Of a stretch of 32,000 nucleotides of DNA, positions 18,690-26,651 are shown one piece after another. Position 1 is the first letter of the stretch; the number at the start of each line of letters is the position of its first letter. Under the pieces are notes generated by a model. It did no database searches and was not told the origin of the DNA. It saw nothing but the letters and a program-made list of their open reading frames with translations. This DNA is from Gemmata obscuriglobus (GTDB taxonomy: Bacteria; Planctomycetota; Planctomycetia; Gemmatales; Gemmataceae): NCBI RefSeq assembly GCF_008065095.1, contig NZ_CP042911.1:5130001-5162000 (forward strand), read 5' to 3'. A program made the position numbers and the translations under genes.

Positions 18690-18987
18690 TCGTTGCGGCC
18701 GAAAATGGCGAGCGCTTTTTTAGCACGTCGCGCTCGCGGGTGACGCGGAGCAACTCGGCTTCGAGTTGCTTCACGCGATCCTCGAGGGTCGAAGCGACGG
18801 GGCCGGCATGTTCGAGCTGCCGAGCCTTCCACTTGTACAGGAGCGTGGGGTCGTCGAGCCCGAGCCGCTCCGCCACGCTGGTCGCCGTGTGCCCATCCAG
18901 GAGCATCTGAACGGCTTCGCGGCGGAACTCCTCCGTGAACTTCCGTCGGGACGTGGTCGGTGCCGGTGGGCTGGCCTTTCGAGGCAT
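18686..18987 (-). CDS. IS3 orfA (HTH transposase subunit)
   Basis: The product is MPRKASPP...FTEEFRREAVQMLLDGHTATSVAERLGL...ERDVLKK up to the slippery A_AAA_AAG at 18715-18721. The canonical tail ALAIFGRNE-stop is in the -1 frame (stop 18686-18688). The 0-frame continuation to 18310 looks like a non-coding high-GC read-on. Confidence 0.75.
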
Positions 18988-19048
18988 CGCCGAACTCCTG
19001 TGGCGATGGCCATCTTAGGCAGTTGGGCTGTCCGCCAAATCGTCAGCA

Positions 19049-19850
19049 CCTCACCGGGTGGCCCGGCACGTGCCCGCCCGCCGCGGCGGTGCTCGGCCAG
19101 ATCCGGGTGGACGCCCAGACGAACGAGCACCAGGCGGCCCTGGCGTTGCTCGGGATCGTCCCGGTGGGCGGCTCGGTTTTGACCGGGGGTGCCACGTTCT
19201 GCCCGCGGGACGTGGCCGCGGCGGTGGTCGACGGCGGGGGCCATTACGTGCTCACGGCCAAGGACAACCAACCCGGCCTGGTGGCCGACATCGAGGCCGG
19301 GTTGGGGTTCGAGGACGCCGCCCGAGGGCTCGCGGCGGCCACGTCCCCCTGAGCCGGTCCCGACGCCCGAGCAACTGGGGCGCCCGGCCACGTCGGTGGC
19401 CCGGGGCACGGGCGGATCGAGACGCGGACCGTGCGGGCCACCCCGCTGCTGACGTGCCACGATCGGTGGACCGGATTGAAGCACGGGTCCCGCATCACCC
19501 GTGCGCGGACGGTCAAGGGTGTGACCACCGTGGAGGTGCTGCACGGGATCACCAGCTTGACGGTCGAGCGGGCCGACGCGCGAGCACTTCTGGGCCTGGT
19601 GCGGTCCCATTGGCGCATCGAGAACCAACGCCACGACGTGCGCGATGTGACCTTGGGCGCGGATGCGTGCCGGGTCCGCAAGGGGGCCGCACCGCAGGTG
19701 CTCGCGGCCCTCCGCAACGCCGCCATTCACCGGCTCGCCACCGTACCCGCCGACCGCACGCCCGAAGCACTCGAATGGCTCCAGCGACACCCCGAACACG
19801 CGCACAACCTTATCGGCATCACCCAACGTGAATAACGGAACGGCCCTGGG
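19049..19850 (+). pseudogene. ISAs1-family IS, copy A (5' third deleted at the IS3 junction; transposase interrupted)
   Basis: Homology to copy B starts directly at the IS3 end. The right IR is GTGAATAACGGAACGGCCCTGG (19829-19850). The protein pieces are ...QIRVDAQTNEHQAALALLG...HYVLTAKDNQPGL...AATSP-stop, then GHGRIETR...HWRIENQRHDVRDVTLGADACRVRKG. The D of the DAM motif is replaced (GGATF). Confidence 0.85.
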
Positions 19851-20220
19851 TGCACGACGGAACCGCCCGGCACGAGCGACCAGCCTTCTGACTTCGCAAC
19901 ACGTCCCCCACAACCAAGTGTCGGGTGAGTTGGGCGAACGGGGTCCCGATCAGTTTTCGGACCGGTTCGCCAACCTCATTTCTCCAACCACATTTCGCGG
20001 ATCGACGCGACCGCAGACCGCTGGACTACCAACACTTTTAGCGTGCCGCGCGGGTCGTGCGAGCAGCAGCGGCCCGGGTCACCGCCGTCAGAACCGTTTC
20101 CGTGTCGCACGAAGCACCGCGCACCAGTTTCACGAAAAACTCGCGCCAACATTCGCCGCCGAGCTGTGATAAGATGAGTGGGCTCCCTTCCACGTCTTTC
20201 GCCCGCGGAGTTCCGACGCC

Positions 20221-20493
20221 ATGTCACAGGCCATTGTGGACCCGGCCGAGGTGCGCCGGTTCGCCAGCAGCCTCAAGCGGTTCAACGCCGACATGCAGTC
20301 CGCGCTCGCCGGGTTGCACGGGCAGCTCACCGCGCTCGGGGACAGTTGGCGCGACCAGGAGCACGACCGGTTCCGACAAGAGTTCGAGGCCACCATGCTC
20401 GTGATGGAGCGGTTCCTCACGATGTCGGAAGAGCACGTGCCGTTCCTGCTCCGTAAGGCCGAGCGGATCGAAGAGTACCTGTCCCAGCGTTAG
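20221..20493 (+). CDS. WXG100 (ESAT-6/EsxA)-like small helical-hairpin protein
   Basis: The protein is 90 aa, with GGAG 10 nt upstream of the ATG. Its pattern parallels S. aureus EsxA as I recall that sequence: IVDPAEVRRFA... against IKMSPEEIRAKS..., and a central DSWRDQEHDRFRQEFE against ANWEGQAFSRFEEQFQ. It sits next to an FtsK/SpoIIIE ATPase gene. Confidence 0.7.
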   Translation: MSQAIVDPAEVRRFASSLKRFNADMQSALAGLHGQLTALGDSWRDQEHDRFRQEFEATMLVMERFLTMSEEHVPFLLRKAERIEEYLSQR

Positions 20494-20572
20494 TGCCGCG
20501 GCACGCCGGGCCGCCCGCACACCGCCGGCGGTTGGGAACTGACGACCTGCTGACCTGAGCCCGGAACCCTTC

Positions 20573-21229
20573 ATGAGCGCCGACGTCCGCTCGATCGCCG
20601 CGGTCATCGACTGGCACGCGGCCCTCACGAACTACCGCGACGGGCTCGACGAGGCGATGGCCGGCGTCGATCTCGAGATCCGCCGCGCGTACGACTGGCT
20701 AGAGGAGCAGCTCAAGCGGTGGCAGCGGGCCGTGCGCGACTGCGAAGAAGAGGTCGTTCGCGCGAAGGCCGAGCTTTCACAGCGGAAGTTCCCCAACTGG
20801 GACGGCCGCGAGCCCGACTGCACCGTCCAGGAGAAGGCCCTCCGGCTCGCGAAGGCGCGCCTGGAGCACGCCGAAGAGAAGGTCGTCACGGTGCGCCGGT
20901 GGCTCGGCCGCCTGCCGAAAATGGTGGACGAAACGTTCACCGGCTCGTCCCGCCGGCTCAAGTCGATGCTCGAATCCGACTTGCCCAACGCTTTGACCGC
21001 GTTGAACCGGCGGATCGCGGCCCTGGAGAGCTACGCGGGGCTGCGCACGGACTACGCCCCGGCGCCGGCGGCGCTACCGGCGCCGGCTGCCGAAACAAAA
21101 GGCGCGGCGGACACGCCCCCGGCGGGGGCGGAAAGCGCGGGGGCCGATTCGGCGGCCGTCCCGGAAGTTCATTCCTCCCCCCTTCCCTCCGGTGCGGGAA
21201 CGGGTCCAGTCGGTGAGGGCCGGTCATGA
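20573..21229 (+). CDS. Coiled-coil protein with a Pro/Ala/Gly-rich C-terminal tail (unknown function, part of the WXG/FtsK cassette)
   Basis: The 218-aa ORF has coding-type GC3. About 165 aa of charged heptad-like helices (EEQLKRWQRAVRDCEEEVVRAKAELSQ, LRLAKARLEHAEEKV) are followed by a ~55-aa low-complexity A/P/G tail. Its stop overlaps the next start (ATGA at 21226-21229). Confidence 0.65.
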   Translation: MSADVRSIAAVIDWHAALTNYRDGLDEAMAGVDLEIRRAYDWLEEQLKRWQRAVRDCEEEVVRAKAELSQRKFPNWDGREPDCTVQEKALRLAKARLEHAEEKVVTVRRWLGRLPKMVDETFTGSSRRLKSMLESDLPNALTALNRRIAALESYAGLRTDYAPAPAALPAPAAETKGAADTPPAGAESAGADSAAVPEVHSSPLPSGAGTGPVGEGRS

Positions 21230-21447
21230 AGTTCGGTGCCACCCGCAGCCAGATCTACGACGCACAAAAGACCGCCCGCGCCAAATGGGACGAAACGTTC
21301 ACCTCCTGGGACGACCAGGTCCACCGGGAGCACGAGGAGAAGGTGGTGGAACCGCTCGACCACGCGGTCAGCGACGCGCTACGGGCCATCGACCAGCTCG
21401 CGGTGCTGTTCACCCAGATCCGCCTGGAGTGCGAGTTCCCGTCGTGA
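21226..21447 (+). CDS. Small helical protein, possible second (short) WXG100-like partner
   Basis: The protein is 73 aa and is translationally coupled to the upstream gene through the ATGA overlap. Its central TSWDDQVHREHEEKV echoes DSWRDQEHDRFRQEF of the 90-aa protein. Confidence 0.5.
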   Translation: MKFGATRSQIYDAQKTARAKWDETFTSWDDQVHREHEEKVVEPLDHAVSDALRAIDQLAVLFTQIRLECEFPS

Positions 21448-21520
21448 CCCGTCGTCGGGTCGTTGGCGTTCACGTTTCCTGAGTGCGCCCGCACGTCGCC
21501 CACTTACGCACGGTGCATCC

Positions 21521-24500
21521 ATGCCCGACAACTTGTTCGATCACCAGCGGGCCGCGCTCGCGGGCCTCTCCGACGCCGCCCGCGAGCGCGCCGCCGCCGA
21601 AGCCGAGTTGACCGCCGCGTTCGAAACCGCCCGCGACAAGGCCGAGCGGGACATCGCCCGCACGCGGAAGGCGCACGCCGCCGCCCTTGGAGCGGAGCTC
21701 ACCGAACTCGACACGGAGCGTGCCACCACGCTCGCGCGTATCGCCACCGACTTCACCGCCGAGCAGGTGCGTCAGGACCGCACCCGCGAGGAGCGGCGCA
21801 AGCTCCTCATCGACCGGTTCCATGCCGCGGAGAAGAGCGGGCAGGCCAAGTTCGACGAGCAGTTGTGGAGCCACCACACGCTCCTTGAAGCCGGCGAGAA
21901 GACCGCGCGGGACCAACACGACACGCTGCAGCGCAAGGCCGCCGCGGGGGCCGAACAGGTGGAATCGCTGTGGGCGGACGCCGAACCGCTCCTGAAGCGC
22001 GGGCGGGTGACACGGGCGGCCGTCGAGTCCGCCGAAGCGCTGCCGGAACCTGGCGACGACGACCCCATCAAGCGGATGAACAAGTGGCTCGGCGCCGCTG
22101 ACAAGAGCGTCGAGCGGCTGGCACGGGCGAAAACGCCGTCGTGGGGCTCGCCGCTGCGCCTTCCCGTGCTGCTGGCGCTGTTCGCGGGCGTCGGTGCGAG
22201 TTCGTTCGCGGCCGTGCCGGACGTCGCCACGGCCGGGGCGATCACCGGCGGCGCCGCCGTGGTGCTCGGATTCGGATCGTGGGTCCTGCTCCGCTGGCTC
22301 GGAAAACGGACAACGCTCCGCGAAGGGAAAGTGATCGCGCAGCAGCTCGCGGAGGCGGCGCGTGCGTGCCAGTTGCTCCGGGAGTTCGCGACGGCGCAGC
22401 ACGCGGCCGAGATCCGGCGTCTGAACGAAAAGCACGACCGGGACCGGCAGCGCACCGAGGAGCACTACAAGCCGTTACTGGCGTCACAAAAGAGGCAGTT
22501 CGAAGACGAGCTGCGGCGGCTCGACTCCGACTTCGCAACGGCGGCGGAGCGGCTCCGGAACAAGCGCGACGCCGACACCCGCACCGCCGACAACCAGTAC
22601 AACACCAAGAAGGCCGAAACCGAATCGCGCAGAGGCGGCGAGTTGGCCGCCGCGGAGGCGACGTTCGCCGAACGAATGGCCCAACTGACCGCGGCCCGCG
22701 ACGCCCAGTGGGAGAAAATGGCGGGCGCCTGGAACGCCACCACCCAAAGCGTGGCCGGCACTTTTGAGGAACTCCGGGCCGCGGGCGCCGCGTTCCCCGC
22801 GTGGGACGCGTTCACACCGAACCGCCCGCTCGCGGACCGCGTCCCCGCGGGCATCCGCTTCGGCTCGGTGATTGTCGATCTGGGTACGATCACCGATGCC
22901 GTACCCACCGACCCGCGCCTGGCGCCGGCGGCGGCGCTGAGCGGCGAGGTGCCGGCGTACTTGCCCTTCCCGGACCGGTGTTCGGTGCTGATGCGGTGCC
23001 GCGACGAGGGCCGCGCCGCGGGCATCTCGGCCCTGCAAGCGATGATGCTGCGGTTCCTCACCGGCCTGCCGGCCGGCAAGGTCCGGTTCACAATCGTCGA
23101 TCCGGTCAGCCTCGGCGACAGCTTCGCCGCGTTCATGCACCTCGCGGACTACGACGAGAAGCTGGTCACCTCGAAAATCTGGACCGACCCGCGCGACATC
23201 GAGGCGCGGCTCTCGGACCTGACCGACCACACCGCGAGCGTGATCCAGAAGTACCTGCGCAACCAGTACAAGTCGATCGAGGAGTACAACAAGGCGGCAG
23301 GCGAGGTGGCCGAGCCGTACCGCGTGCTGGTGGTCGCGAACTTCCCGAACAACTTCACCCCGGAGGCGGCCAAGCGCCTCGTCAGCCTCGCGAACAGCGG
23401 CCCGTCGTGCGGCGTGTGCGTGCTGGTGACGGCGGACACGCGCGCCGCGATGCCGCGCGACTTCAACATCGCGGACCTCGAAGCCGCCAGCTACACGCTC
23501 GTCTGGAAGGACAACACGTTCGTGCCGAAAGACCCCGTGCTGGCCCCGTTCGTGCCGGCACTCGACCGCCCGCCGGAGCCGGCAACGATCGCCAGCATCG
23601 TTCAGCGGGTCGGCAAAGGCAGCAAGGAAGCGGCCCGGGTGGAGGTGCCCTTCGAGTACATCGCCCCCAGGCCCGAGGACGTCTGGACCGGCAGCGCGGC
23701 GAAGAGTTTCGACGTGGCCGTGGGCCGCGCGGGCGCGACGCGGAAGCAACTGTTCTCGCTCGGTCGCGGAACGGCGCAGCACGCCGTGATCGCGGGGAAG
23801 ACCGGGTCCGGCAAGTCCACTCTGCTGCACGCGCTGATTACGAACCTCGCTCTCACCTACAGCCCCGACGAGGCGGAACTCTATCTGATCGACTTCAAGG
23901 AAGGGGTCGAGTTCCAGTGGTACGCCAACTACCGGTTGCCGCACGCGCGGGTCGTGGCGATCCAGAGCGAGCGCGAGTTCGGGCTGAGCGTGCTCCAGCG
24001 CCTGGACGGCGTCCTGCGCGAGCGCGGCGAGAAGTTCCGTGACGCCGGCGTCAACGACCTGGCCGGCTACCGCGCGGCCGTGCCGCACGAGAAGACGCCG
24101 CGCATTCTCCTGGTGATCGACGAGTTTCAGGCGTTCTTCACCGAGGATGATAAGCTCGCGCAAGAGGCGTCGCTCCTGCTCGACCGGCTGGTGCGCCAGG
24201 GCCGCGCCTTCGGGATGCACGTCCTGCTCGGCTCGCAAACGCTCGGGGGCTCGTACTCCCTCGCGCGAAGCACCATCGACCAGATGGCAGTGCGCGTCGC
24301 GCTCCAGTGCTCCGACGCCGACGCGCAAATGATCCTCAGCAAGGACAACACAGCCGCCCGGTTGCTGTCGCGGCCCGGGGAGGCGATCTACAACGACCAG
24401 AACGGCATGGTCGAAGGGAACGACCCGTTCCAGGTGGTGTGGCTCGCGGAGGAGAAGCGCGAGCAGGTGCTCGAAGAGCTCCACGCGCGGGCCGGCGACC

Positions 24501-25387
24501 GGTGGCCCGCGCCGCTGGTGTTCAGCGGGAACTCGGCCGCAGTGCTCGCGAACAACCGCCCGCTGGCGAAGCAGTTGCGCGAACCGGCGCCCGTGAAAGT
24601 GCCGACCGCGTGGCTCGGCGATCCGGTGGCCATCAAGGAGCCGACGGCGGCCCTGTTCCGCGCCCATGGCGGCTCGAACCTGCTCATGATCGGCCAGAGC
24701 GAGGAGGTCGCCCGGGCGCTGTTCGTCTCCTCGGTACTCAGCCTCGCGGCTCAGGCGCCCGAAACGAAGTTCACCCTCCTCGACGGCACCCCGGACGACG
24801 CGGACGAAGCCGAATACCTCCGCAAGTTCACCGAGAAGTTGCCTTCCGCTACCGCCCCGAACCGTGCCGGCCTACCCGCCGCACTCGCCGAACTTACGGG
24901 GGAGATCGATAAGCGCCAAAAGGGAGAAAGCGAGCGCACGCCGCGGTTCGTGCTGATCTTCGGAATCCACCGGTTCCGCGAGCTGCGCAAAGCCGAGGAC
25001 GATTTCAGCTTCGGGCGCCGCGGCGAGCGCGAGCCGTCCCCCGCCGAGCGGCTCGCAACGATCTTGAAGGACGGCCCGCTCTCTGGCGTTCACGCGGTCG
25101 TGTGGTGCGACTCGCTCGTGAACCTGAACCGCGCGTTCGACCGACCGCTCCTGCGCGAGTTCGCACTGCGGGTGCTGTTCCAGATGAGCGCGACCGACTC
25201 CAGTACCCTGATGGACGCGCCGACCGCCTCGAAGTTGGGCCGGCACCGGGCGTTGTACCTCCAGGACGAACAGGACCGGCCCGAGAAGTTCCGCCCCTAC
25301 GGGTTACCCGCGCCGGAGTGGCTCGACGAGGCGTGTGCGTCCCTCCGAGCCCGACTCGCGTTGCAGCCGGAACACGCGGCGGTGTAA
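21521..25387 (+). CDS. Membrane-anchored FtsK/SpoIIIE-family ATPase with three P-loop-type modules (EssC/EccC-like)
   Basis: ORF 21236-25387; the likely start is ATG 21521 (MPDNLFDHQ...), giving 1288 aa. Walker A AGKTGSGKST is at 23792-23821 and Walker B RILLVIDEF at 24101-24127. Degenerate flanking modules are present (KVRFTIVDP...YRVLVVANFP upstream; NLLMIGQSEE...RFVLIFGIHRF downstream). Two TM helices map to about 22150-22300, with coiled coils on both sides. Confidence 0.85.
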   Translation: MPDNLFDHQRAALAGLSDAARERAAAEAELTAAFETARDKAERDIARTRKAHAAALGAELTELDTERATTLARIATDFTAEQVRQDRTREERRKLLIDRFHAAEKSGQAKFDEQLWSHHTLLEAGEKTARDQHDTLQRKAAAGAEQVESLWADAEPLLKRGRVTRAAVESAEALPEPGDDDPIKRMNKWLGAADKSVERLARAKTPSWGSPLRLPVLLALFAGVGASSFAAVPDVATAGAITGGAAVVLGFGSWVLLRWLGKRTTLREGKVIAQQLAEAARACQLLREFATAQHAAEIRRLNEKHDRDRQRTEEHYKPLLASQKRQFEDELRRLDSDFATAAERLRNKRDADTRTADNQYNTKKAETESRRGGELAAAEATFAERMAQLTAARDAQWEKMAGAWNATTQSVAGTFEELRAAGAAFPAWDAFTPNRPLADRVPAGIRFGSVIVDLGTITDAVPTDPRLAPAAALSGEVPAYLPFPDRCSVLMRCRDEGRAAGISALQAMMLRFLTGLPAGKVRFTIVDPVSLGDSFAAFMHLADYDEKLVTSKIWTDPRDIEARLSDLTDHTASVIQKYLRNQYKSIEEYNKAAGEVAEPYRVLVVANFPNNFTPEAAKRLVSLANSGPSCGVCVLVTADTRAAMPRDFNIADLEAASYTLVWKDNTFVPKDPVLAPFVPALDRPPEPATIASIVQRVGKGSKEAARVEVPFEYIAPRPEDVWTGSAAKSFDVAVGRAGATRKQLFSLGRGTAQHAVIAGKTGSGKSTLLHALITNLALTYSPDEAELYLIDFKEGVEFQWYANYRLPHARVVAIQSEREFGLSVLQRLDGVLRERGEKFRDAGVNDLAGYRAAVPHEKTPRILLVIDEFQAFFTEDDKLAQEASLLLDRLVRQGRAFGMHVLLGSQTLGGSYSLARSTIDQMAVRVALQCSDADAQMILSKDNTAARLLSRPGEAIYNDQNGMVEGNDPFQVVWLAEEKREQVLEELHARAGDRWPAPLVFSGNSAAVLANNRPLAKQLREPAPVKVPTAWLGDPVAIKEPTAALFRAHGGSNLLMIGQSEEVARALFVSSVLSLAAQAPETKFTLLDGTPDDADEAEYLRKFTEKLPSATAPNRAGLPAALAELTGEIDKRQKGESERTPRFVLIFGIHRFRELRKAEDDFSFGRRGEREPSPAERLATILKDGPLSGVHAVVWCDSLVNLNRAFDRPLLREFALRVLFQMSATDSSTLMDAPTASKLGRHRALYLQDEQDRPEKFRPYGLPAPEWLDEACASLRARLALQPEHAAV

Positions 25388-25405
25388 TTCCTTGTGCGCG
25401 AAACT

Positions 25406-26645
25406 CCAGGGCCGTTCCGTTATTCACGTTGGGTGATGCCGATAAGGTTGTGCGCGTGTTCGGGGTGTCGCTGGAGCCATTCGAGTGCTTCGGGCGTGCG
25501 GTCGGCGGGTACGGTGGCGAGCCGGTGAATGGCGGCGTTGCGGAGGGCCGCGAGCACCTGCGGTGCGGCCCCCTTGCGGACCCGGCACGCATCCGCGCCC
25601 AAGGTCACATCGCGCACGTCGTGGCGTTGGTTCTCGATGCGCCAATGGGACCGCACCAGGCCCAGAAGTGCTCGCGCGTCGGCCCGCTCGACCGTCAAGC
25701 TGGTGATCCCGTGCAGCACCTCCACGGTGGTCACACCCTTGACCGTCCGCGCACGGGTGATGCGGGACCCGTGCTTCAATCCGGTCCACCGATCGTGGCA
25801 CGTCAGCAGCGGGGTGGCCCGCACGGTCCGCGTCTCGATCCGCCCGTGCCCCGGGCCACCGACGTGGCCGGGCGCCCCAGTTGCTCGGGCGTCGGGACCG
25901 GCTCAGGGGGACGTGGCCGCCGCGAGCCCTCGGGCGGCGTCCTCGAACCCCAACCCGGCCTCGATGTCGGCCACCAGGCCGGGTTGGTTGTCCTTGGCCG
26001 TGAGCACGTAATGGCCCCGCCGTCGACCACCGCCGCGGCCACGTCCCGCGGGCAGAACGTGGCACCCCCGGTGAGCACCGAGCCGATCCCGAGCAACGCC
26101 AGGGCCGCCTGGTGCTCGTTCGTCTGGGCGTCCACCCGGATCTGGCCGAGCACCGCCGCGGCGGGCGGGCACGTGCCGGGCCACCCGGTGCGGGCCCGGC
26201 ACGTGCCCGCCCCGGCTCCCGCGCAGGCACTTGCCGTCCAGGGCCACATGCGCGCGGGCGTCCGGGGTCAGGCGGCCCGCGATCCACCGGCCCAGGGCCG
26301 CCTCCAGTTGCTGGGGGGCGATCCGCCGCAAGGTCCGGGACAGGGTCGACGCGGACGGCGTTTGACCCCGCCGGAACCCGCGCGCGTGAGCCAACGGGGT
26401 CCCGTACTGGCGCCCGAACCGGGCGATCCCCTGGAGGCCCGTGCGGCCCATCCGCACCGCCAACGCGACCAACCCGAGGACCGCCGGCAGCGGGTGGATC
26501 CGGCCCTGCAACCCGCGCGGGTCGGGGACCGTTGACTACTACTCATACTGCCAGCGCGCGCGGGCATCGAGCACCTCGGGCCGAAGGAGTGCCCCGCTAC
26601 CCAACAAGCCTGCACGCGACAAGGTGAAATAAGGAACGGCCCTGG
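25406..26645 (-). mobile_element. ISAs1-family IS, copy B (full length, transposase pseudogenised)
   Basis: The IRs are CCAGGGCCGTTCCGTTATTCAC (25406-25427) and GTGAAATAAGGAACGGCCCTGG (26624-26645). The N-terminal part is present (MQGRIHPLPAVLGLVALAVRMG...VALDGKCLRGS). The C-terminal 134-aa ORF is identical to copy A. Several frame changes and a 15-nt deletion relative to copy A are visible. Confidence 0.85.
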
Positions 26646-26651
26646 GCATGA

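Larger units (their letters stand above)
17781..19048 (-). mobile_element. IS3-family insertion sequence
   Basis: The terminal IRs are TGCTGACGATTTGGCGGACAG (17781-17801) and CTGTCCGCCAAATCGTCAGCA (19028-19048), giving the canonical TG...CA ends. It has orfA plus orfB organisation with an A6G slippery run. No matching direct repeat flanks it (GGGA on the left, CCTC on the right). Confidence 0.9.

Noticed and set aside
20130-20180. A sigma-70-type promoter for the WXG cassette (TAAGAT at about 20172-20177).
   Set aside because: There is a -10-like hexamer about 45 nt upstream of the ATG, but no convincing -35 at proper spacing. Planctomycete promoter consensus is poorly defined, so the evidence is too weak to list as a feature.
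19851-25405. The cassette considered as a conjugative or DNA-translocation module (an FtsK-like coupling protein), or as a known anti-phage defence system.
   Set aside because: There is no relaxase, no VirB4/TraG-like genes, no replication or partition genes and no nuclease, methylase or sensor domain in the cassette. A WXG100-like gene beside a three-module FtsK ATPase fits the type VII-like interpretation better. This remains unproven without searches.
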